NCBI RefSeq assembly: GCF_006345805.1
Contig: NC_042997.1
Location: forward strand, 152,706,001 to 152,770,000
Direction of reading: 5' to 3'
Length of the DNA stretch: 64,000 nucleotides
From: Octopus sinensis
Lineage: Eukaryota
Positions 13,831 through 25,752 of this stretch are shown piece after piece. Under the pieces are notes generated by a model. The model was not told the DNA's origin. It was given only the letters and a program-made list of their open reading frames with translations, and made no database searches. The position numbers and the translations under genes are program-made. Every line of letters begins with the position of its first letter. The first letter of the stretch is position 1.

Positions 13831-14539
13831 GTTCCGTGCTAGATATTGATAAACAAAGATTTCACTGATTTAAGTGAAATCTAGCCAGACTATACGTAAA
13901 GTAATACCTGTACTTGAAACAGCCTTATATTAAGATTCCTGTGTATATAATATTTATTATGCCTATACAGACGTAGAATGATACGACCTGTAATATTTTA
14001 TATGAGAGAAATATCTCAAAGAGACTTGTTGTTCCGATATAGAAATCCGTAAACAAAATATTTACTGGTTTGTGCGAAGTTAGCTTTTTTTATTGTAAGA
14101 GGGAGAATCATGTTGTCAGGAGTCAATTTTCATTTAATTTTCAATACTGAATTAAATTCAAGCTTAATGGAATGAAGTATTTCATATAAATATTATACAT
14201 ATATTTCATTCAATTTTCTTTTCTCGTTTCAACTATGAAGTCTATTTCAGTTTAACTGAAAAGTAATGAAGGGCCTATTAATTGCATTATAATATTTACT
14301 TTACAGAAGAAAAAATAAACATTCTGGAAATGAGAGATAGAGAAAAGATATATTATGGAAGTATACAATGTTTGTAAATGTATAATTATATATGTGTGTG
14401 TTTATGTATAAATTCTAAGCTTCTTAATTTTGATTGATCTTCTGAAGAAAATTAAGAAAGCAGATATTTACATGTATGTAGTTGAATATACAAATTTGTG
14501 GAAATTACTCAATACATAGAGAGTATTGTCGAGTGAAGA

Positions 14540-15270
14540 AGACATCTGAAAAGCTGTAGAAAGTTTCTGATTGGGCCAAGAGGGCCGATAAGAAGAAAGC
14601 TATTAAACATCAACGGGTAACTTCTAGTGAGGTTGCAAATCCAACGGATATATCACCCTAATGAGTGGAAATACTATTGAAAATACTTTGAAGATGAACG
14701 AAGAACTTCAAAGAAGGGATCCAATCGCATCAAGAATTCGTTGAATATTAGTTTTGTAGCTTATCATCAGATCTGACCAAAGCAAATTTTGCCCATTTTC
14801 CAATTCAAAGCAAATATATCTCTGAAACATGGAGAGCTGAATGTCTGCCCGAAACAGTTGAATATGTTGAGATTTGAGTTATTGTATGGTGGAAGAATAG
14901 TTTGGACAACAAATAAATCAGAGCTGATTTTCGTTGGATACAAAGTCAATGGACCAAAATGCACACAAGTACTTGAAAACAGCCCATTTCCCGTCTATTT
15001 CCCATCAATCACGCATTTATGTTAGGATAAGACTTGATAATATCCTTCTATTTCAATGAAATTGAGATCCGTGCTAAAGAGGCAAGGTATTACATGCTTG
15101 GAAAAGAACTCACGGAATCGAATCTCTGAAATAGATTGTTCTGAATCCAGGACGTAATCCGAAAGAAAATATAGGAATTCTTAGCTGAAAGTTGTGAGCA
15201 ACATCCTCCAAAATTATATGAATTACTTAGATGAGAAAAAAAATTATGACAGAATTGCTGACTAAATCAA
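14540..15270 (+). mobile_element. Possible degraded Tc1-like transposase relic
   Basis: IRSDQSKF (cf. WSDESKF) followed by LIFVGYKVNGPKCTQVLEN at Tc1-like spacing; many stops. Confidence 0.4.
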
Positions 15271-16049
15271 GTCAAATCCATTTGTGTGAAAGCCGTGATA
15301 TAAGTTCAAGTGAAGCCTGAATAAACTGAGATAAATTTCCATTCATTTTGGATAATTTTTTCATAAAATGGAATTAGCGCTGGGTCTTATATACCCTTGC
15401 TATAAAGTGAAGTCTTTCACGTTTGTTATATTCCAAAAAAGGTTACTATTTGGTCAAGACTCACACGTAGACACGTACAATAGGCCCACACCGTCCAGCG
15501 CATACACATAGTGTGAAAATAAATATATGTGAAAACGAATATATGAAATACTCTAGCAATTATTCACTTATACAAGAAACATTGATTTTTTCCCGTTAAT
15601 CAAAGAAGTTGTTTACTTCGGGATTCTTTTCTTAAGGCTCTATGTGTCTAAAGTATTTACATCTGTGTATATATTCTCATGTATATACATATATCCGTGA
15701 ACCTGTCTATTTGCATTTATGTATTTAAAATCTGGCATTATTTTCTGTCTATTTGTGTCATTCTATCAACAAGCGATACGTAGACGTCTGGAGTTTTATT
15801 ATCCACTCAAGCATACGCCTGGAAACTTTCATTGATTTGCATTTGCGCTCTCACGCACATTTATGCACATGTACAGATATGCATACATATACGTACGTAT
15901 ACATACGTATGTTTACAATCATAAAAGCAAGCTTATATATATATACGCATAAACTCGGACACACCCACACACTTAAATCAATATTGTTGTTTGTTAACAG
16001 ATTATGTATCCTTTTCTCTGCATACTTTTCTGTTTAATGTTGCTATTCT

Positions 16050-16447
16050 TTTATTTATTTCAGTCATTTAACTGTGGCCATGCTGGAGCACCACCTTTAG
16101 TCGAACAAATCGACCCAAGGACTTATTCTTCGTAAACCTAGTACTTATTCTATCGGTCTCTTTTTGCGAACCGTTACGGGAATGTAAACACACAAACATC
16201 GGTTGTCAAGCGATGGTGGGAAGACAAACGCAGACACACAAACATATACATACAAACACACACACACACAAACACACACACATATATATTTCAGGTTTTC
16301 TTTCAGTTTCCGTCTACCAAATCCACTCACAATGCTTGGTTGGCCCGAGGTTATAGTAGAAGACACTTGCCCAAAGTACTACGCAATGGGACTGAACCCG
16401 GAACCATGTGGTTGGTAAGCAAGATACTCACGCACAGCTTCTCCTGC
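16050..16447 (-). mobile_element. tRNA-derived SINE (second family, internal (TG)n)
   Basis: Shares blocks with 18200-18547 and 19625-20115; B box-like GGTTCCGGGTTCAGTCCC on the minus strand. Confidence 0.75.
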
Positions 16448-16464
16448 GCTTATATATATATATA

Positions 16465-16945
16465 TATTATCAGACTATGGATGACTAAATTACAACAGGC
16501 ATATAGCCCATTGTTTGTACTATAGTGCATTGTTGTATCATTCAAAACTTTTTATTCTTTACAAACAATACACAATGCTTCAAGCGAACTACAACATATA
16601 CATATATATTTGGGAGAGTATTGTAGTTCGCTTGTAGCATTGTGTATTGTTTGTGAAGAATAAAAAGTTTTGAATGATACAACAATGCACTATAATACAA
16701 ACAATGGGCTATATACCTATTGCAATTTAGTCATACATAGTCTGATAATATTTCGTAATAAAATACCTTCTTCAGATACTCTTAGGTGGAGTCGCTGCTA
16801 GTTGATAGAATGACACAAATAGACGGAAAATAATGCCAGATTTTAAAACCGATTATAGCAGCGACTCCTTCTAAGGATATCAGAAGAAGGAATTTTATTC
16901 CGAAATATCACCAGACTATGGATAACAAAATTACAATAGGTATAT
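16465..16945. repeat. Overlapping inverted repeats (Penelope pLTR-like)
   Basis: Arms 16465-16594 and 16621-16750; second pair about 16712-16800 and 16856-16945. Confidence 0.9.
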
Positions 16946-17021
16946 ATATATATAGTCAATTTTTATATATATAATATATATATATATAGTCAATTTATAT
17001 ATATATATATATATATAGTCA

Positions 17022-17061
<40 letters not shown>

Positions 17062-17066
17062 TATAT

Positions 17067-17124
<58 letters not shown>

Positions 17125-17133
17125 GTATATATA
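16940..17133 (+). repeat. (TA)n tract with a repeated GTCAATTT unit
   Basis: Direct reading. Confidence 0.9.
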
Positions 17134-17134
17134 T

Positions 17135-17370
17135 TCAATTTAACGAACAAACAATTCAAAAAACGGAGAAGAAAAAGAAAAGAGAAAAAGTGGGGAACAT
17201 AAACTTGGGGACATGCACAAGATTTATATTAGTTGGACGCTCGGTGAAAGGAAAGAGTTTTTAACGTTTCGAGCATGGCTCTTTGTCAGAAAGGAGAAAG
17301 TGAAATGTCCAAAAATGAAGGGAAATCACCAACGGTCCACGCATGGTTCCATATATCTATACTTACACAT
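17135..17370 (-). mobile_element. Short interspersed repeat with a hammerhead-like motif (likely Penelope-derived)
   Basis: Minus strand CTGACAA-A-GAGC-CAT-GCTC-GAAACGTTA at about 17262-17289. Confidence 0.5.
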
Positions 17371-17633
17371 AGTACAGTCATCCATCCACACTCATACATA
17401 CACACAGACACACACACACATATATATACAGAGTAAATCAAAATTCCGTAAATACTATCAGTAATTCTGTATTGACTCGAATGGGAAAATGTGTCCCTCA
17501 AGAAGGACTCCAGTTTGAACAATTTTCATGATGTTTCATATTTAGATGCTTTTATTAAATTCATTCAGTTGTTAAACATAAATTAATCTTGGAATTAAAT
17601 GGTTTTGATATATTATCAGCTGATTTTTGGCCA

Positions 17634-17844
<211 letters not shown>

Positions 17845-18176
17845 GGCGCATGGCTCAGTGGTTAGAGCGTCTAGCTTACGATCGTGATGTTGTGAGCTCG
17901 AATCCCGGCTGCGTGTTGTGTTCTCGAGCAAGGCACTTTATTTCACGTTGCTCCAGTTCACTCAGCTGTAGAAATGAGTTGCGACGTCACTGGTGCCAAG
18001 CTGTATCGCCCTCTGTCTTTCCCTTGGATAACACTGGTGGCGTGGAGAGGGGAGGCTGGTATGCATGGGCGACTGCTGGCCTTCCATAAACAACCTTGCC
18101 CGGACTTGTATCTAGGAAGGTAACTTTCTAGGTGCAATCCCATGGTCATTCATGACCGAAGGGGGTCTTTACCCTT
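17845..18176 (+). mobile_element. tRNA-derived SINE, well preserved, embedded in (TA)n
   Basis: A box TGGCTCAGTGG, B box GAGCTCGAATCCC, then TGTGTTCTCGAGCAAGGCACTT..CACTCAGCTGTA core. Confidence 0.85.
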
Positions 18177-18199
18177 TATATATATATATATATAAATTC

Positions 18200-18547
18200 T
18201 TTCTTTTATTCTCTTGTTTCAATCGAACAAATCGACCCCGAGCTTATTCTTTGTAAGCCCAGTACCCATTTTATCAATCTCATTTTCCGAACCACTAAGT
18301 TATGGGAGTGTAAACACACCAGCATCGGTTATAAAGCCATGTTGCGGGGACAAATCAGACACACAAACACGCACACACACACATATGACGAGCTTCTCTC
18401 AGCTTCCGCCTGCCAAATCTACACTCAAGGCTTTGGTCGGCCCGCAGCTATAGTAGAAAACGCCTACCCAAGGTGCCACGCAGTGGGATGGAGCCCAGAA
18501 CAACGTGGTTGGTAAGCAACCTATTTATCACATAGCCACTCCTGCGG
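18200..18547 (-). mobile_element. tRNA-derived SINE (second family)
   Basis: Homologous to 16050-16447; head GGAGTGGCTATGTGATAA on the minus strand. Confidence 0.75.
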
Positions 18548-18612
18548 CCACGTACAAATATACAGTAAGAGAGAGAAACAAAGAAACATAGACAGAAGAG
18601 GAAGAAAGAGTT

Positions 18613-18613
<1 letters not shown>

Positions 18614-18677
<64 letters not shown>

Positions 18678-18698
18678 CGATAGATAAATAGATAGATA
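18614..18698 (+). repeat. (GATA)n microsatellite
   Basis: Direct reading; abuts the 3' end of the Tx1-like element. Confidence 0.95.
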
Positions 18699-18700
18699 AA

Positions 18701-19430
18701 TTTCTTTATTAGCCACATAGGGCCGAACACAGAGGGGACAAAATAGAATGTAGAGCTTTTCTTTTCGAAAATAGAAAAAAAGGAGAAAAATACAATTTCG
18801 ATCAAAAATGATCGTGTATCACAGAAAAATTTTTAAAGTGTAAAAAGCAAGATTAGATTTATCCGAGGAAAGAAAAGCCTACGGAAAAAAACAAGGTAGC
18901 CTCAGGCAGGGAGGGAATAAAAACATAAGATCAAAGTGCTCTCTCTCACTCTCTTTTTTCGATTTATAGTATCATGCTCAAAGTCATTTCATCACTCACT
19001 CTTTGCTACATTCACCTACCTTTTATTGAAACTTTCACGAGACAAAACTTTACATGATAGACTCGGCCGACAGTCAGACTTGTCCCATACGTGACAGCAG
19101 CCGTTCGACATAAGCCCACAGGTCCGAAACGGCTGGACACTGCACGGGTGTGTGCAGAACCGTATCGTCGCTCTGACCGCATCTCGGGCAAGTCAGTCCA
19201 GTGTGTCTCGAACCGTGCCTGTAGAGCTTATCCCGAACGGGTAATGCTTCTCGATAGCATTGCCAGGCCAGGGATCTCTGGTGATTGTCCATAGGTCACG
19301 GCCCGAAAGTTGTCCTGAACAGGCGGGTCAGGTGTCCCTCGTCGACACCCAGATTCTGCCCGAGAACGACGTCGCACCACACCTCCAAAAATCCTGTATA
19401 GAACACCTTTGTGGAAAAATTAATCACCTC
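18701..19430 (-). mobile_element. 5'-truncated L1/Tx1-like LINE (zf-RVT region and 3'UTR)
   Basis: QRSLAWQCYREALPVRDKL..TCPRCGQSDDTVLH..CPAVSDLW is a zf-RVT CCHC pattern; ends AATAAAGAAA followed by (TCTA)n. Confidence 0.8.
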
Positions 19431-19624
19431 TACAGTACCATTTAGAAAATAATTGAGGGTGCAGGTTCCTGGTTGCTCGATCAAGTGGGAATTGCACATA
19501 AGAATCCTTCAAAATACCTCTCAACTTAAAAAGAAGTATTCATCAGATCATCTATTCTAGCATACACATATACTCGTGAAGATGTAAGAAGCGGTAACAT
19601 CATTCAAGGCGGGAGAAATCTTAT

Positions 19625-20115
19625 GTGTAGCTGTGTGGTACGAGGTTTGCTTCACAACTACATGGTTTGCGATACAGTCCCACTGCATAGCACGTTGAGG
19701 CAGTGTCCTCAACGATAGTTCTGAGTCGTCGACCAAAGCCTTAAGAGTGGATTTGGTAGACGGAAACTGAAAGAAGCCCGTCATATATATGTTAATATAT
19801 ATGTATGCATATATGTGTGTATATATTGTGTGTGTATATACAGAATCACACACACACACACACATGCACACGCGCACATATATATGTATACACGCGCATA
19901 TGTGCATGTGCGTGAGTCGTTGTGTCTGCATTTGCCTTTGCCCCACTGCTTGACTTGACAGCCCATGTTTGAGTGTTTAACTTAGCGGTTCAGCAAAAGA
20001 GCCCGAAAAGGTACCAGGCTTTAAAAAGAATGTACTGGGGTCAATTCGTTCGACTAAAATCCCACAACACAGTGACCAGCATGGCCGTAGCTTAATGACT
20101 GAAACAAAAGAAGGA
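19625..20115 (+). mobile_element. tRNA-derived SINE (second family)
   Basis: GTGGATTTGGTAGACGGAAACTGAAAGAAGCC block and the 3' CAGCATGGCCGTAG..AATGACTGAAAC block are shared with other copies. Confidence 0.75.
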
Positions 20116-20174
20116 AAGCAGATACCTGCTTAATGCGGGCTGACTTGGTAATAAACTGCAAAAACAACAGTGAC

Positions 20175-20472
20175 AAGAATGCTGGTACTCCGTCGGTTAC
20201 CACGGCGAGTGTTCCAGTTGAATCGATCAACGGAGATAAACTTTCATGTGACTAAGCATTCAACAGACACGCGTAACTTTAGAGATACAGCGTGATACAG
20301 AATGTGACATGGTTGGCCTTTTGAATTACAGATGAGTCATTTTTATCAGTTCAGTAAATTGGAGCAATGTGAAATAAACTGTCTTATTGAAGGACGTAGC
20401 GCGCCACTGGGAATCGAGCTCACGACTGTAAGGTCTTGAGTCGAATGCCCTAATCACTAAGCCAGACGCTTT
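20175..20472 (-). mobile_element. tRNA-derived SINE
   Basis: Minus-strand head TGGCTTAGTGATTAGGGCATTCG..GTGAGCTCGATTCCC. Confidence 0.7.
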
Positions 20473-20882
20473 CACGACAAAAGTAGCAGCAACAGTAGCA
20501 GTGCTGATGTTTGCACTGCTTTTAATGCTAAGCCATATACCCCTTCAGAACTAAATGGATTCGACCGTTGCGACTGAAGTGTCTTGGTTTCATCAGGTTG
20601 TGAGTGACATGGACATGAATGAGCCAAATGTCTCTCAGCAAGATATCTGTTCATTATTGAATCAGCCGTTAAATTTCCCAGATAAAAATATATTGATCTT
20701 AATTAGAGCTGTGTACACAAAGATATTATCGATTTTTTCCTTTCGAGATGAAATATCTGAAAAGCAAAACTCAAACATATGAATTCAAATTGTAACTTAA
20801 AGAGAAGTTTCAGAAAAACAGCGGTTCATAGCAGGATGAAGGTAGTTGTGATTTGGCTATTATCATTATTATTATTGAAAAC

Positions 20883-22055
20883 GGCACGCTGGCAGAATCG
20901 TTAGCACGCCGGGCGAAATGCTTAGCGGTATTTCGCCTGCGTTACGTTGTGAGTTCAAATTCCGCCGAGGTCGACTTTGCCTTTCATCCTTTCGGGGTCG
21001 ATAAATTAAGTACCAGTTACGCACTGGGGTCGATGTAATCGACCTAATACCTATGTCTGTCCTTGTTTGTCCCCTCTATGTTTAGCCCCTTGTGGGTAGT
21101 AAAGAAATAGGTATTTCGCCTGCTCTTACGTTCTGAGTTCAAATTCCGCCGAGGTCGACTTTGCCTTTCATCCTTTCAGGGTAGATTAGATAAGTACCAG
21201 TTACGCACTGGAGTCAATATAATCGACTTAATCCGTTTGTCTGTCTTTGATTGTCCTCTTTGTGTTTAGCCCCTTTGTGGGTAGTAAATAAATAAGTATT
21301 TCTTCTGCCGCTACGTTCTGAGCTCAAATTCCGCCGAGGTCGACTTTGCTTTTCATCCTTTCGGGGTCGATTAAATAAGTACCAGTTACGCACTGGAGTC
21401 GATATAATCGACTTAATCCGTTTGTCCATCCTTGTTTGTCCTCTCTGTGTTTAGCTCTTTGTGGGTAGTAAAGAAATAGGTATTCTCTCCTTGATACCAT
21501 CTGAGTTTAAATTTCGCCGAGGTCGACTTTGCTTTTCGTCCTTTTTGGCTCTATCAATTAAATACCAGTTACGTACTCGGGTCTATCTAATCGGCTGGCC
21601 CTCTCCCCACAAATTTCAGGTTTTTCGCCTATAGTAGAAAGGATTGTTATTATTGAAGGCTGTGAGCTGGCAGAAACGTTAGCACACCGGGCGAAATGCC
21701 TTGCGGTATTTCGTTTGCCGCTATGTTCTGAGTTCAAATTACGCCGAGGTCGACTTTGCCTTTCATCCTTTCAGGATGGATTAAATAAGTACCAGATTCG
21801 CACTGAGGTCGATATAATCGACTTAATCCGTTTGTCTATCTTTGTTCGTCCCCTCTGTACTTAGACCCTTGTGGGTAGTAAAGAAATAGGTATTTCGCCC
21901 GCGTTACGTTTTGAGTTCAAATTCCGCCGAGGTCGACTTTGCCTTTCATCCTTTAGGGGTCGACTGATTAAGTTCTAGTTGCGTACTGGGGTCGATCTAA
22001 TCGGCTAGCCCTTTTACCCCAAAATTTTCAAGGCCTTGCGCCTAGAGTAGAAATA
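20883..22055 (+). mobile_element. Array of Nin/Deu-core SINE units (one tetramer plus one dimer)
   Basis: Heads at about 20883 and 21658; six units of about 180 bp with GAGGTCGACTTTGCCTTTCATCCTTTC core; junctions at about 21110, 21296, 21479 and 21889. Confidence 0.9.
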
Positions 22056-22650
22056 ATAATAATAATGATAATATGGTTCTCCTCAAAATATTTTTGTTGC
22101 TCTGCGGTGGATATTTTGTGATAATCTTCAGATTCAATAAAGCCACTATCGCCTTGTGTTCATGGTAAACAATTATTCTATACCAAATTGTTAGAGACTC
22201 AAAATGCAGTCATTATTTCTTTGTTTTTCTACCTTGACTTACTAGACCGCTTAGTGTTCACTTGAGAATATTAAAACTGTAACTTAATTACGGGACAAGA
22301 GGTAACTTTTTGTTTTTGCATTTAGTTTTAGGTAGTAATCTGATTGACTAACGAAATTCCTTCCTAATCTTTTCTTTCATTCGTGTATAATGAATACTAT
22401 CTAGATAATTGATTAAATATTAATATATGTGTCATTGGTCTAATATTCTTATCTCTGTTTCTTTATCTGCTCTGTTATCACTCTTCTTAATTAATTTTCC
22501 TCTCTTCACGGTCGCTTTGGAACATCCATTAGTTAACACTCAAACGGATTTATGCGGTAAATCTATGTATTGTCAATGGCATTCCTTATAGTCGCATATC
22601 ATTTGCAGCATACAACTTGAGATCATCCGTTTACAAAAGATAGTTAATTG

Positions 22651-22652
<2 letters not shown>

Positions 22653-22738
<86 letters not shown>

Positions 22739-22763
22739 CATTATTATTATTATTATATTATTA

Positions 22764-22800
<37 letters not shown>

Positions 22801-22812
22801 ATTATAATTATA
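22653..22812. repeat. (AAT)n followed by (TTA)n (self-complementary microsatellite pair)
   Basis: Direct reading. Confidence 0.9.
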
Positions 22813-23012
22813 ACGTCTTCAAATTTTTCCACAAGGGCAGCCATTTCGGGGAAGGGATTAGTCGGTTACTTTGGCTCCAGTGTTCCACTAGTACTTAATT
22901 TATCGACCCCGAAAGGATGACAGGCAAAGTCGATCTCGGCAGAATTTAAACTCAGAACGTTTAGATAAAATACCACTAAGCACTTCACCCGGGGTGCTAA
23001 CGCTTCTGCCTC
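22813..23012 (-). mobile_element. Nin/Deu-core SINE
   Basis: TCGACCCCGAAAGGATGACAGGCAAAGTCGA core; head at about 23010. Confidence 0.8.
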
Positions 23013-23060
23013 AATAATCATACTAATAATAATAATAATAATAATAATAATTATAATAAT

Positions 23061-23778
23061 AAGCAAAGAACCATGATAAAACGATGGCAAGAAAAACCCC
23101 TTCATGGAAAATACTGGACTAAACTAAATGCAAAAGAAATAGACAAAGAAAAATCCCGGCAATGGTTGAGAAGCTCAGGACTCAAAGCAGAGACAGAGGG
23201 ATTTTTAATTGCAGCACAAGACCAAAGCCTCCCCACCAGAAATTACCAAAAACATGTAATGAAAAGAAATATAACAAGTAACTGCAGAATATGTGGAGAT
23301 GGACAAGAAACAATAAATCATATTATCTCTGGCTGCCCAGTCCTGGCTAAGAAGGAATATATTCACAGACAAGACAGAGTTGGAACCTACATACACTGGA
23401 AGCTATGCCAACATTATGGAATAACAACAGAAAAAAGATGGTATAGCCACACACCAGAAAAGGTCACAGAAAACGAGAAAGCAACCATACTCTGGGATAT
23501 ACCGATACACACAGATAGAGAAATTAAGGCCAACAGACCAGATATAGTTGTCAGAGATCATGAAGAAAAAAAATGCTTTCTAATTGATGTATCAATACCG
23601 GCAGATGACAACGTGTCTCTAAAAGAAATGGAGAAACTTTCAAAATACAAAGACCTGGAAATAGAGGTAACCAGAATGTGGAATCTAAAAACAGAAACAA
23701 TTCCTATCATAGTAGGTGCATTAGGCATGATAAAAAAATATTCAGACAAATACATAACAAAAACACCAGGACTTACAA
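23061..23778 (+). mobile_element. Young R4/Dong-like LINE fragment (CCHC + RLE), open frame, truncated at both ends
   Basis: ORF 23073-23834: KPLHGKY, ETEGFLIAAQDQ, CRICGDGQETINHIISGC, RPDIVV..LIDVSIP..KYKDL; starts after (AAT)n and breaks into (AGA)n. Confidence 0.92.
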
Positions 23779-23800
23779 GAAGAAGAAGAAGAAGAAGAAG

Positions 23801-23995
23801 AAGGAAATTGAAGTATTTAAGCTGTTGGGCATGAAGGTGAAATCAGTATCAGTAATACCTGGAGCATTGGTTAGGAAAAATACATGAACAAAAGCTTCAA
23901 AGCTATAACTGGACCGAAATCCCTACACACTATCAAAGGGTTAACCTGCTGGGCACAGCTCATATCCTATGCAAGGCACTATCTATTTCGATAAT
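23801..23995 (+). mobile_element. Older R4/Dong-like RLE C-terminal fragment
   Basis: EIEVFKLLGMKVKSVSVIPGAL..LLGTAHILCKALSI. Confidence 0.7.
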
Positions 23996-24189
23996 TCAAA
24001 ACAATCCGCAAACGCAAAACACATTCTATAGAGCAAATACCCAATAAAATAACTAACAACCATAACATATACTCTGCAGGCCAAATACCCTGCAGCGGAA
24101 CACATCTCGCATTAAAAACACAACACACAATAAAAACACTAATGCAACAAAAGACTGCAGCTAAGCCCTATAACATAACAAACTGATGC

Positions 24190-24680
24190 AATGCAATACC
24201 TGGAGAAGTTTGCATTTCACCACCAACAGAAAAGTACACACAATGTTGCTCAGTCCCTAGCATCACGTAGGTGTTGCCTAATGCACGTATTAGTATGGGG
24301 ATTATTTCTGCCATCAAGCCCCACATTCGAGTTACTTCTATTTCTAGATCTTTATATTCCACCGTTTCCTTAAGATTTACATTGTCATCTGCTGGAACTG
24401 ATATGTTGTTTAGAAGTTACTTTGCTCTTGGTGGTCGCTGACAATATCTGACGTATTAGTCTTGATCTCTCTACCAGTGTGTATTGGCATATCTAAGGGT
24501 ACAGGTGCTTTGTCACTTTCTGAGACATTTTCTAGAGTATTTTTATACCATCTTTTCCCTGTTCTCATTCTGTAGTGCTGGCACAGCTTCTAGTGTATAT
24601 AAGTCCCAACTCTGTCATGTCTAGATGTATTCCTTCTTGGCCAGGACTGAACTAACAGAGACAACGTGATTTATTTATGT
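24190..24680 (-). mobile_element. Degraded R4/Dong-like fragment, inverted relative to the 23061 copy
   Basis: VLAKKEY..DRVGTYIH..KRWY..DMPIHTGREIK..EYKDLEIEVTRMWGL. Confidence 0.8.
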
Positions 24681-24911
24681 ATTGATTGTTATTACTACAA
24701 TCGCTATTATTACTACTATTGTTATTATTGCTACTACTTACTCCACATTCATCATTACAATTTCAGTAGCCATTTTTTATTGCCTGTTACTCTGCACAGT
24801 CGATTGTAGCTGTGAATTTATATACGTAGTATTGGAAGTACATTATATATGATGTATTTACACTTTACGTTATGTGTGTGTATATATACACACGTCCATC
24901 CTTTTTGCTGC

Positions 24912-24915
<4 letters not shown>

Positions 24916-24949
<34 letters not shown>

Positions 24950-25065
24950 TATATATATATATAATATATATATATTATATATATAATATATATATATATA
25001 TATCTATATATATATATATTATATATATATATATATAGTATATATATATATTATATATATATATA

Positions 25066-25096
<31 letters not shown>
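24916..25096 (+). repeat. (TA)n/(CA)n microsatellite
   Basis: Direct reading. Confidence 0.9.
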
Positions 25097-25284
25097 TCAA
25101 AGATATATACGTATATACGTGTGTGTATGTTTCTCTGTGTATGCACGTATATGTTTCTAAGTATCTATATATCAGCATCTCACTTTATCATTTTTATGAC
25201 AGGTACATTCATTTCAAGTCCTTCCTACAAGATATCTGTATATCAGACACGCGCACACTCACACAAACATACGCAAAAGGATTC

Positions 25285-25415
25285 CCCCATTTATTGTCGT
25301 CCATGGGAATTGATACATCGATAAGGAGATATTTCTTTTCCTGTTGGTCTTTGGCAATAACATATTGACCATTTGCCCCAAAGTTGCCTGCGTAAATCGC
25401 CACGTTCTCACTCAT
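25285..25415 (-). mobile_element. Short RLE fragment (R4/Dong-like)
   Basis: ENVAI..VIAKDQQEKKYLLIDVSIPMDDN. Confidence 0.65.
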
Positions 25416-25675
25416 CACCACTACTGCTAACATCATAACATATTATTGTCATTTTACGATTCTCGTTTATCATTCTATCATCCGCTCTGACCTTGCTATT
25501 GTACATACTTATACCAACTCTTATCTCTGTTACATTATATACTTGTCAGTGTGAATGTGCGCACTTGCTGGCGTGTGTATTTTATACGTATATGTGTCAG
25601 GGATTGTGGTACACACACACACACATATATATATATATTATATATATGCGTATATTTATGGGTCTATATGTGTTA

Positions 25676-25752
<77 letters not shown>

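Noticed and set aside
17845-17915. tRNA gene
   Set aside because: A and B boxes are present but there is no complete cloverleaf, and the sequence continues into a SINE body
20883-22055. Regularly spaced repeats suggesting a CRISPR array
   Set aside because: The whole unit of about 180 bp repeats with no unique spacers, there are no cas genes, and the context is a eukaryotic SINE
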